From a virus (Duplodnaviria > Heunggongvirae > Uroviricota > Caudoviricetes), in IMG/VR virus record IMGVR_UViG_3300025000_000056: DNA of 50,465 nucleotides; one strand, 5' to 3'. Under the pieces are notes generated by a model that worked only from the letters and a program-made list of their open reading frames with translations, had not been told where the DNA came from and searched no databases. Every line of letters starts with the position of its first letter. Position 1 is the first letter of the stretch. The position numbers and the translations under genes were made by a program. Positions 40,467-49,700 of this stretch are shown piece after piece.

Positions 40467-40817
40467 TCACCCTCCTACAAAGAATTTACTGGAACCGGTT
40501 ATCATAATTCCAGTTCCAGGATAAATATCGACCTTGTCGCCAATGCGAGCGATAGCTTGTCCTTGTACAAAGAACTTAGAACTACCATGTGTATTAACAT
40601 AATCTGATCCACTACAGGGATCTGTCGATGGCCCACCGTCTGTAACGCGAGCTACCGCTTTACCTGAGATAAAGAATTTAGAACTACCTTTGGTTTGAGT
40701 ACCGGTTACATCATGGCCGCCACACGGGCACCAAGAGTCACCTCATGAATGACCGTGTCCATTATGATGAGGAACATGACCGCTCATCTTATCGCTAACA
40801 CATATTGCACCTGGCAT
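40467..40817 (-). CDS. PAAR-domain spike-tip protein (gp5.4-like), 116 codons with in-frame TGA at codon 25; candidate selenoprotein; absent from ORF track
   Basis: AGGGGTGA RBS (40823-40830), ATG 40817. Translation MPGAICVSDKMSGHVPHHNGHGHS*GDSWCPCGGHDVTGTQTKGSSKFFISGKAVARVTDGGPSTDPCSGSDYVNTHGSSKFFVQGQAIARIGDKVDIYPGTGIMITGSSKFFVGG. Three GSSKFF repeats and AVARVTD/AIARIGD PAAR-like motifs. Fills the gap between spike and gp25-like genes exactly. Confidence 0.85.
40704..40742 (-). promoter_or_regulatory. Putative bacterial SECIS element immediately 3' of the in-frame UGA (40743-40745)
   Basis: GGUGACUCUUGGUGCC-CGUGU-GGCGGCCAUGAUGUAACC folds by hand into a 14-bp interrupted stem. The 5-nt apical loop follows a 16-nt spacer after the UGA and has G at position 2 followed by U. 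24 of 39 nt are G/C in an AT-rich region. Confidence 0.6.
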
Positions 40818-40828
40818 AGATATCACCC

Positions 40829-41269
40829 CTAATCAAAATCATATCGATTGGCTCTACCTGTAATCTTGTCCGCTTTAAAGTTTATGGTCGTTCCGGCCGT
40901 TAGGTTAATAGATTTCTTAGCGTTGATAAAGACATTAATTGCATTTAATGTCCATGGCCCTTTAACATCTGTAATAGAGAAATCACTAATCCAGCTATGG
41001 AGATCACCAATGTGTTCCTTCATGTGAGAAGCAATTACGTTAATACTCTTCTTATTTGGATCAATTCGAAGTCCATTATCCGTACCGCCAAAGATATCAA
41101 TGCAGCCGTTATCTCTAATCTTCATCATAGACGTATTGTTCGGATGAACCCAGCCACATTCTGCCTGTTCATAATTAGGTGCCGATGATAGAACGGCCGC
41201 CTTATCAAAGTCCTGGTTAAGGGCTTTTAATCGTTGATCTAAACTTGCTTCATTATCGCCACCAAGCAT
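40829..41269 (-). CDS. Baseplate spike C-terminal/beta-helix-like protein (gp5/gpV-like), 146 aa
   Basis: HPNNTSMMKIRDNGCIDIF...GLRIDP and short beta repeats (INAKKSINLTAGTTINFKADKI). Directly upstream of PAAR. GAGGTGA RBS. Confidence 0.65.
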   Translation of the reverse strand: MLGGDNEASLDQRLKALNQDFDKAAVLSSAPNYEQAECGWVHPNNTSMMKIRDNGCIDIFGGTDNGLRIDPNKKSINVIASHMKEHIGDLHSWISDFSITDVKGPWTLNAINVFINAKKSINLTAGTTINFKADKITGRANRYDFD

Positions 41270-41282
41270 TTACTATCACCTC

Positions 41283-41648
41283 TTAAGTTTTTCCATCGAT
41301 AATATCTGGAACGTAGGCTCCCTTACGTTCATGTTTCATACGTGCAGTCCGAACGTTTGATTCGTAGGATTCTTCAACTAATCCTACGACCTTAGGCATC
41401 ATAGGATTACCGTTAGAAAATTCTAACCAGACAGTATCTCCAGGGAATGGACCGGAGGTACTTGATCCTCCGGTCAAAGCAACCGAAACACCGGCTTTTG
41501 TCATCTTGATATTGTTGTCTTCCCACTCAACGATTGCTCGATTATTAAGATGATCGTAAAAGACAATACGACCTTTCGTTGAGTGCTTACGTTTCTTAAA
41601 TTCCGGAGCTAAGACTTTCTCATAGATAGCCTTGTGTAATTCACTCAT
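41283..41648 (-). CDS. Spike N-terminal OB-fold-like protein (gp5/gpV N-domain), ~121 aa (probable start ATG 41648)
   Basis: KGRIVFYD....AIVEW...PFPGDTVWLEFSNGNPMMPKVVG matches the gp5/VgrG OB-fold P..GD.V.V.F..G....P.I.G pattern. AAGGAG RBS. Confidence 0.7.
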   Translation of the reverse strand: MSELHKAIYEKVLAPEFKKRKHSTKGRIVFYDHLNNRAIVEWEDNNIKMTKAGVSVALTGGSSTSGPFPGDTVWLEFSNGNPMMPKVVGLVEESYESNVRTARMKHERKGAYVPDIIDGKT

Positions 41649-41660
41649 AAGCACAACTCC

Positions 41661-44600
41661 TTAAGCTGGATACGTACTCTCTTGTAATAGTTCTCTGGGA
41701 TTAAAGGCATCACTGCAATCGCCATCGTTATTGCTTGAAGCTCGACATTCAAAATGTAAGTGAGCACCTCGACAATTTCCGGTTTGACCAGATGCGCCAA
41801 TGTTTTGACCAGCCTTAACTGAATTGCCAATTGCAACACTGGCAGAATTGAGATGAGCGTACAACGTATAATAATTTGTACGGTTAGACCTTGGGTGTTT
41901 CGCATGCTTTAAGATAACATGTTTACCATAGACATAACTAGGATCGAGTCCAACGGATTCAACAATCCCATCATAATGCGCATAGATCGGACGGTCTTCC
42001 TGGACTCCGGTACCAAAATCAAGACCATGGTGGATGCCGCTCGAATAATTCTTATTCGGTCCAAATTCATTCTTTGATCCATTACAGTCTGATTTACTTA
42101 AAGGATAATACGATAGATTGCCACCGATAGTATTACTAAGTCCTCCGGAAGAACTACTTCCTATTTCGCCATCAGAACTTGGCGAGCTATTATCAAGTGA
42201 AAATCCTGGTATGATTTGTTTGGCACAATCAATACCGGCGACATATGGCCATTCTTTATACCAAAGTGGATAGATGTTAATCGCAGATTCCGGAAAGAAT
42301 TCTCGTTCAATATAGTTAAAGGCTTGATCAATTAAAGTCCAAGCTGCTATCTCAATAGCCGCGGCGACTAGTGTTCCACCCATGCTTACGGGAGCTGCAG
42401 CAACTTCAGCCGTAGTCGAGGCGACAAATAACCCTCTAACAAAAACTCTAATACGACTTGCCATGCCTAATGCTGAACCCGCTTCGCTACTAGCTCTTGT
42501 AACTGCGCCCATACCTCGACCAACTAAACCAGAGAAACCCTTTAATGCACTCATAGGAATTTTATCAGAACTTCGAGAGATAAAGGACATTGCTAGTTTT
42601 CGTGCAATAGTATACGACACAACGCTTCCAACTAATTTTATTGCCGTCGAATGAAGAAACCCTCTAGTTGATCCCTTAACGGTTGAAATTAGATCCGGTT
42701 TAATCGATGTCATAAATCCCGTCTGAACGCCCATGTGATGCGTTACTCGTCCTACATCTGTCATGCCATGCATCTTAGAGTAGAAATCTGTAAGCATCAT
42801 AGAATCATGAGGTTTAATGGACGGATCACCAAGAATAGTTAACTCACCTCGATACATATTTCTAAAATTACGAACCATATAGCTTGTACCAGCATTACGC
42901 GCTTGAAACCGTCCTGGGTTCCAATCTTTCATAGCTTTAAATCTTAGTTTAGCACTGGCTTTCTTAACATCCTCTGCCGATATTTTACCTTGAGCTTCCA
43001 TGAGATAATTCCAAGCATCCTTAAGGCCATTGACAACTGTCGCACCACCACTGAATATGTACTTACTAATCCAGTCGTTCATAAAGAAATCTTGTACAAT
43101 CTGTGTATCAATTGCTTGTACCCTAAGGAGTTCTGGTTTTATCGTTGGGTCTGCCCAAATCTTATCGTCACACGTCATATCATCATCAAACATATAACTT
43201 GGCGCAACAACCGTTGCTAAATCCCTTGAGCTTACTTTGATATTATTGCATAATATGTCTTCGGCCGAATTAAAGATATGAATCTGTTGAAAGGGCTTAT
43301 AGAGTTCGGCAAGATTTTCACGCGAGTAATCACCATTAGGGTCAAGTAGGTCATAATCATACTTAACATAGTAATGAGGCATTCCATAAAATAGTGTTGA
43401 ATGAAATCCATGATAATGAGGAGCGCAAATATATTCCGGCACGGTATCCGCTAAAACTTGACCAATATCCCATAAGCTCTTATCGGTCATCTTAAGTAAG
43501 ATATCTGGTTCAGCGTTGTCTTTACCTATTTTTGCACTACCATTGCCTGAAGTGTAAGACCAATCAAGTTCTTCATAGCCATAATAGCTTGAATAAATAT
43601 TCTTAATTAAATCATACCCGTCCATATTAAATAGGACTCCAAAAGCATTTTCATTATCTCGACTATCAATTCTATCAGCATGATCAAGATAACCGAAGTG
43701 TTCAATACCATAGGCATTATTCATACCATGACGCTTACACGCTGCAGCAATCATCAGGATTCCATCATCAGACGTTTGCGAATTAGTTAAGGACCATAAC
43801 AGATTATGGTCTCGATCCTTTAAGATCTTAAAGAAAATACCCTGTGGATGAGATCCCAATTGAAGGCCCCATAGATCATAATAACTATTTGTCGCATTAG
43901 CTTGGCCGGCAAAGTCTCCGAGCATATTGGCTAATTCAAGACCATCAGATTGACATATTGCCGTTATAATATCTCCTGTGTCAATTTCAACAATTGAACC
44001 ATTAAAGTTGACCGGCAATAACGATGCGACCGATCCGTAGCCCATTCTTAAATGAATACGAGTTCCTGGATTAACCCTAAGCATAGCATATTTAGAATTG
44101 CGATCTTTAATTATATCGTCATTGATTGTTGGAAGCATGCCGAATTTCATACGTTTATAATCATCAAGCATGTGAGTATGAAAGATTCCATCAAGACCGT
44201 CAGCAATACTTGTCATAGCCTTATCGGCATAACCTAAGACACCCGTAACAGAGACATCAGGAATATTATAAGTATGCCATGGAGTATAGTTTAAGGCCCC
44301 ATAGACATCGCTCATAGTAATGACAGCCGTACCAACAGGTTGTGACCTTTCATGTGTTATTTCAATAGAGGTCAACATGTGATAAGCATAATAATTATCC
44401 CATAGACGTCTACCGTCAACCCACATTCCCTCATCAACCATTAACATTAAAAATGTAGGAAAGGCTCGATTCATAGTGCTTCGTTGATTATAGAGACGCA
44501 TATCAAGTCCCATCTCTTCGATTAGTTCACCTAGGTCTGATTCATCACTAGGATTTCTACAATCTATTACTGGATCATGGTCACCCTTTAGCCATTCATC

Positions 44601-46784
44601 TTGACCGGCCTTATCTTTTGGAAGAACAACTTTAGTGATCGCGGATTTCATAGGTAATTTGTTACCCTCTAATAAGCGTTTAGCTAGAACTTCGTCGGCA
44701 GCCTTTGTTGCAGAAGCCATCGTTGCTCCAACGCTATGTTCTTGTCCAGTAGTTGGTACTGAACCATTAGCGTATTTAGCATAAATAGAATTGGCAAATT
44801 CTGTACGTTTTTCGATAACCTTTTCTGCCGGTGATCCACGTTCGAATCCATTTTCAAATATTATAACGGCATCTCTAATACTTGTTGCGCTGTTAATTTT
44901 TGATAAGGTTGCAGATTCACTTCCAGTTAACTCTTTCCATAGATAACTTAATTGTGCTTCTAACGAAGAGATTGGTAAGCCTAAACTCGATGCATGAATT
45001 TGGAGCGCTGTTTTGCGAGATCCTAGCCACTGGGCTATTCCATAAGCATGACTTGATGGATTTTCTGCCGTCGGACTAAGCTGTGATTCTTGTTGGAAGT
45101 TACCCATCATACCAGCAACGGCACGAGGACCGACTCCTTTATCAATAAGAAAATTCCAGATCTTAGACCCATTATCGTTACCGGTTACTGTCATCGCCTT
45201 AGGGATAGCTGATGGTTTTGGTTGAGTACCCGTCGAAACGGCGGCTGCTGCATTGGCTGCGCTTTGCGTTGTTGTTCCTTGTTTATGCTGAACGGCTTTA
45301 GATGCATTGATAACAGCATCAAGATCTGATGCGTTTGCTGGTAAGCTCGTAATCGGAGGATAGCTTATATAGAAATCCGGATTAGCATAAACCGACATCT
45401 CAAAGCCTTTAAAATTAGCACTTGTTACAGGAAGAACTTCTTGACCCTTACTTTGACGATAGGTATTAATCTGATCAACAGCCTTAGCAAGTTCCTCTAG
45501 AGGTGGTAACTCTAGATCGGGATAAAGTTCAATCTGATTAATAAACTTCTTTAGTTTAATATCGTTAATGGCATTCATCTTTGCGTTACTTTCCTTGGTA
45601 ATTAAATCCTCGTATGTACCGCCTTTATTATCTTTGCCTTCTAAGTAAGGAATCTTCATGAGTTTAGCGCCACTTGCTTGAGGATCAATAACATCACTTG
45701 CTCTACGAGTCTTATCATAACTAATGAGATCAAGGACAATCTCGAACGTACCGGGATATCCTTCGACTGTATTAACGGCCATGTTCTCAATCATCGCGTA
45801 AGTTATTCCGAAGAGCGATAGGATTTCATTATAGACCATGGCATAACCGGTCACGATTCGATTTCGGTACTCTCTAGAATATCGTTCTAAGGTTGCGCGT
45901 AATTCATCTAAGGCGATAATAGCACCCTTATTTTGTGTATGCATCGTTAAACTAACTCGGGTATCTAGGGATCCAAAGTATTGATACGTCGGATCCCCCG
46001 AGAAGCTAAGCTGCATAGGTGTTAAAACATTTCCCATAGAGACTGTGAAGTTTGTAATAATCAAGTCTTCAGGGATTGGCATCTCTTGCCATGTGACGGG
46101 CGTCTCTGTTCCACTAGTCTTATTGTTAGCATCCCTTAGTAGATCTTCCTTCAAGACATAGGCATGAAGTCCCATATCAAAGTTCATAACTGGAGCTAGA
46201 GTCATTTTACTTAAAGAACTCGCTGGCTTAAGCATCTGCTGATAATACCAGCGAAAGAGTGGATACATGATAATTTCATCATAAGACCAATCCGGCAGAT
46301 TGATATACGGTGTCACGGTCATCTTATAAAGAGTTAGACCGACTTTAAAGACATACGGAAATCCCGGAACGTTCTGTGTAACCATACTAGCTAAGGCTAC
46401 GTTATGAATATCATGAATGTTATTTAAGTGTTCATTAATAATAGGTAAGAATGGAAGCCGTCTGAACTGTGCGACTAAGGATCTCAAACCATCCATATAA
46501 TATTTACCGCCGTCAGGTGCCGTCATCTCAAATCCGTTAATTTGTTCTCTACCGTTAAAGAAGAGCTCAATATTAATTTGAGTTGTTGTGTATCCGTCCT
46601 TAGTTTTAATCGGTTCCATTTGTCTAAGTCCTGGAGTCGTATTAATAGAGCTCGATTTAATGACTCGAATATTCGTCGGAGGAATGACAAATTGACAATC
46701 ACCAATTCTAAGGAAATATTCATCGGCCGTTACTCGATGTGCCGGTATATCATCATCTTTAGGTACCGCTCCAGTTGGAGTCAT
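41661..46784 (-). CDS. Baseplate hub/tail-associated lysin, 1707 aa, with phage tail lysozyme (Phage_lysozyme2-like) and C-terminal M23 peptidase domains
   Basis: IWNFL...AVAGMMGNFQQESQLSP...AYGIAQW (~45165-44780). HHGLDF...YAHL...AHLHFE M23 zinc motifs (~42110-41690). Hub-like RIHLRMGYGS...FNG.I and GELTILGDPSIKPHD motifs. Confidence 0.88.
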   Translation of the reverse strand: MTPTGAVPKDDDIPAHRVTADEYFLRIGDCQFVIPPTNIRVIKSSSINTTPGLRQMEPIKTKDGYTTTQINIELFFNGREQINGFEMTAPDGGKYYMDGLRSLVAQFRRLPFLPIINEHLNNIHDIHNVALASMVTQNVPGFPYVFKVGLTLYKMTVTPYINLPDWSYDEIIMYPLFRWYYQQMLKPASSLSKMTLAPVMNFDMGLHAYVLKEDLLRDANNKTSGTETPVTWQEMPIPEDLIITNFTVSMGNVLTPMQLSFSGDPTYQYFGSLDTRVSLTMHTQNKGAIIALDELRATLERYSREYRNRIVTGYAMVYNEILSLFGITYAMIENMAVNTVEGYPGTFEIVLDLISYDKTRRASDVIDPQASGAKLMKIPYLEGKDNKGGTYEDLITKESNAKMNAINDIKLKKFINQIELYPDLELPPLEELAKAVDQINTYRQSKGQEVLPVTSANFKGFEMSVYANPDFYISYPPITSLPANASDLDAVINASKAVQHKQGTTTQSAANAAAAVSTGTQPKPSAIPKAMTVTGNDNGSKIWNFLIDKGVGPRAVAGMMGNFQQESQLSPTAENPSSHAYGIAQWLGSRKTALQIHASSLGLPISSLEAQLSYLWKELTGSESATLSKINSATSIRDAVIIFENGFERGSPAEKVIEKRTEFANSIYAKYANGSVPTTGQEHSVGATMASATKAADEVLAKRLLEGNKLPMKSAITKVVLPKDKAGQDEWLKGDHDPVIDCRNPSDESDLGELIEEMGLDMRLYNQRSTMNRAFPTFLMLMVDEGMWVDGRRLWDNYYAYHMLTSIEITHERSQPVGTAVITMSDVYGALNYTPWHTYNIPDVSVTGVLGYADKAMTSIADGLDGIFHTHMLDDYKRMKFGMLPTINDDIIKDRNSKYAMLRVNPGTRIHLRMGYGSVASLLPVNFNGSIVEIDTGDIITAICQSDGLELANMLGDFAGQANATNSYYDLWGLQLGSHPQGIFFKILKDRDHNLLWSLTNSQTSDDGILMIAAACKRHGMNNAYGIEHFGYLDHADRIDSRDNENAFGVLFNMDGYDLIKNIYSSYYGYEELDWSYTSGNGSAKIGKDNAEPDILLKMTDKSLWDIGQVLADTVPEYICAPHYHGFHSTLFYGMPHYYVKYDYDLLDPNGDYSRENLAELYKPFQQIHIFNSAEDILCNNIKVSSRDLATVVAPSYMFDDDMTCDDKIWADPTIKPELLRVQAIDTQIVQDFFMNDWISKYIFSGGATVVNGLKDAWNYLMEAQGKISAEDVKKASAKLRFKAMKDWNPGRFQARNAGTSYMVRNFRNMYRGELTILGDPSIKPHDSMMLTDFYSKMHGMTDVGRVTHHMGVQTGFMTSIKPDLISTVKGSTRGFLHSTAIKLVGSVVSYTIARKLAMSFISRSSDKIPMSALKGFSGLVGRGMGAVTRASSEAGSALGMASRIRVFVRGLFVASTTAEVAAAPVSMGGTLVAAAIEIAAWTLIDQAFNYIEREFFPESAINIYPLWYKEWPYVAGIDCAKQIIPGFSLDNSSPSSDGEIGSSSSGGLSNTIGGNLSYYPLSKSDCNGSKNEFGPNKNYSSGIHHGLDFGTGVQEDRPIYAHYDGIVESVGLDPSYVYGKHVILKHAKHPRSNRTNYYTLYAHLNSASVAIGNSVKAGQNIGASGQTGNCRGAHLHFECRASSNNDGDCSDAFNPRELLQESTYPA

Positions 46785-46798
46785 AATTTCAACACTCC

Positions 46799-49700
46799 CT
46801 AGATTAGATTAGTAAACATGTTACGTACAAAGTCCATTGAGAAAGCCTGATGATCGTCTTTGGAATTTATATTGACCTGAGCAACGCCAGTGCTCTCTTG
46901 CATTCCACGAGAAATGGTATTGCCAATATGGTCATTCGAAACGCCTACGCTATTCTTGGCGCTAACTTTAATATGATAACCGTCAAGACCTTCTCCTTTT
47001 GTTTCGACATGAGCTACCGGTTGTTGAGGAGGCGACGGTGGCGGAGGAATATAGTTACTATCACCAGTAGGGACTTCTCCATTCGGTCGTGATCCTGGAG
47101 TATTCTTATCTTGTCGAATACTATTTTTTAAGACTAAGCCCGCCAGGGCGACCGCTCCAATTCCAAGACCTATAATACCTGTCCTTTCTGGCATATGAAA
47201 TTCGGGCATACGGAATGATCCACGAGTTAAATCACTAATCGTATTAGATATCAAACCCTTGGGATGATTTAACCCATCCTTCATGGTCTCAACAAGAGGT
47301 CTATTGACTTTAGCGATAGCCTCGGCAACAATTTGTCTATCTCGTTTATTGCCATTTCTAAAGCCCGCCTCAAGTTCTTCTTGACTTATACCTATTTCTT
47401 CACGTAAACGTCGGGTAATAGGCTCTGGTACATACCGGCGTTGAACCGCACCTTTGTTATCCGGACCATCCGGCGTAAGATTCACATATCGTTGAATGGC
47501 ATTTTTGATACTACTATATTTATACGTAGGATCCTCAATAACCTTTTGCATGTAGGTTCTAGGTAGTTCAGACAACTTAGAGCCTGAGTATTCTCCCTGG
47601 CCTAAATATGTCATGTCCCCATAGAGTTGTCTTTGCATCTCGGTACTTGCCTTATCAAAGTTTCCAACTTCCGTAGAAAATTCAGGACTATAATGACCAC
47701 TCTTAACTGCAGCATCTATCCGGAGAGATTCAGCGTGAGCATCCGCTATAGGTGCTCCGTTGTAAATCGTAGACCTTAAATTATAAGCAGCGTCCCTTGC
47801 TTTTTCCCAGTTTCTAGTATGTAGATCTTTATCTAAAACGGTTGATAAAGTATCGTCTAAGTCCTTAAGATATTTACTTGCAGTACCATCGCCTTGCATA
47901 GGTAAGTGACTGTCAATATCACCATAGTCTGTTACGGAACGTGTATAAAGCGGTAGGTTACTATCTAAGATACTCATAGATTGCTCAACACGGGTCTTCT
48001 GTAAATCTGTGATGTTAGCATTAATATCCTTAAAGAGTCGCTCATTAATTTGATCCCATGTGGTGTCTTTGTTTAAAGTCACTGGTTTTGTTAAATCGTC
48101 CGCCATAACAAAAGGATCTACAGTCTCACCAGTTTTAAGGTTCTTTACTTCGCCATTCATAACCATCTGTGAGATTTGCTTAGCCAATGTATCAACCTTA
48201 TTAGACTTAAGATCAAACCGTTTACGAAGGGCAGGCATAACTTGCCGCCTTAGGGCATAACGTAAAGCTGTTCCTTCGTCAATTCCTCGATCAATATACT
48301 GCTTAGAAAGATCACCCGCTATAGACCAGATCCCTTGAGAGGCCTGTTTAGGGGTTGCCGCGGCCATAGAGAATTCTTCACCTTGGATATCGAGTAAAGA
48401 ACCCATCATAGTTTTACTTGATTCTGTTCTTCCAATTTGACCAAGATCAACAACACCATGAACTTTTGTCTTAGGTCGTGACCCGTTCGCCTTGATCTCG
48501 GCATTCATATTGGCAATGATCTCAGCAGCCTCATCCCTGTTGATGACCCTAGATTCTTCTAGGGCTCTAACTTTACGATGCGTCGTTTCGCGAAACGTCA
48601 TCTCATCGGAATTCATTAACTCTTCCATATTAGATAAGTTCTGCAGTTGATTGTGAGATAGATGAGTCTGAGACTGATAGATTCCATACTCTGGATCAAA
48701 GCGGTGAGCATTAACGGCTAAGGCCTTATCTTGAAGAGTCACAGGTTTACCATTCCTAAAATCCTGTTCAACCTGATCGACAAGACCGAGATTCGTTAAA
48801 TCACCCGTCTTTATATCATACTTAGATTGAAAGCGCTCCTGGGCTGCTTTAACTTCAAGGTCCTCGTAGATACCGCCGAACTCAGTTGAATCAATAGGAC
48901 TCTTTTTAGCCATAGCTATATGGCGTTTCGTACGCATGATTTCATCATAATTGTTAAGCTTCTCGGATTGACGTCTAGCATGATCCCACGTTAAGTAATC
49001 AGCAAATTGTTCGGCTTCTTCTTTAGAACCATAGAGATAGTTCTTATTAAGCTTTGCTTGAATCTCTGATTTACTCTTACCCTGAATCGTATACTTGCGA
49101 CGTTTAGCCTCCTTATTTAAAGGATCTTCAGGAGCTAAGAGATCCATAGCGTACGTACTCTTATGGCCTTTGATCTTGGGTTTAACTTCGTAAACGCCAT
49201 CGTCACCCACTTGATACGTACCTAATGGGACATTATCATATTGAACCGAGAGTTTAGCAAACCAATCACCCGGCTGAACTTTTTCATGCTTAAATTTGGC
49301 CATGAATTTATTGACTAGAGAATCCGTAGCATCCATCATACCTTGAACATCGTTCATGGCCTCATGAGCTCCAGTTAGTACACTGCCGGTTTCGCGTTTT
49401 ATAACACTTGCTAGATCATGATGTCTCTCGTCTTGATTGAGCCAGCGAGACATAATCTGAGTATCCAAGTATCCGGCCGTCTTGGTAAGTCCTGTTCGTT
49501 CATTAATCGCATCGACGATTTCCTTTTTGATAGGGCCCGCTCGATTAGGTCCCTTTAATGCTTTAGCTTTTTCAACATTACCTTGGGCCAGTTGATTAAC
49601 TACCTGGGACAAGTAATTATTTCTGCGTCCCATAGTACTAATTTCAGTCAGAGATTTACGTAGATCATCACTTAATAGCTTCGTGTTCTTATTCGTAAAG

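Noticed and set aside
40467-40817. Calling the PAAR locus a pseudogene or intergenic DNA
   Set aside because: RBS, start, all three repeats and the coupled end are intact. The only lesion lies in the His/Cys loop and is followed by a SECIS-like stem. A nonsense mutation or sequencing error is not excluded, only judged less likely.
39232-46784. Extracellular contractile injection system or T6SS locus instead of a phage
   Set aside because: PAAR, spike, gp25 and J are shared with such systems, but no AAA ATPase or membrane complex is visible, and the giant fibre set fits a large phage better. Not fully decidable without the flanks.
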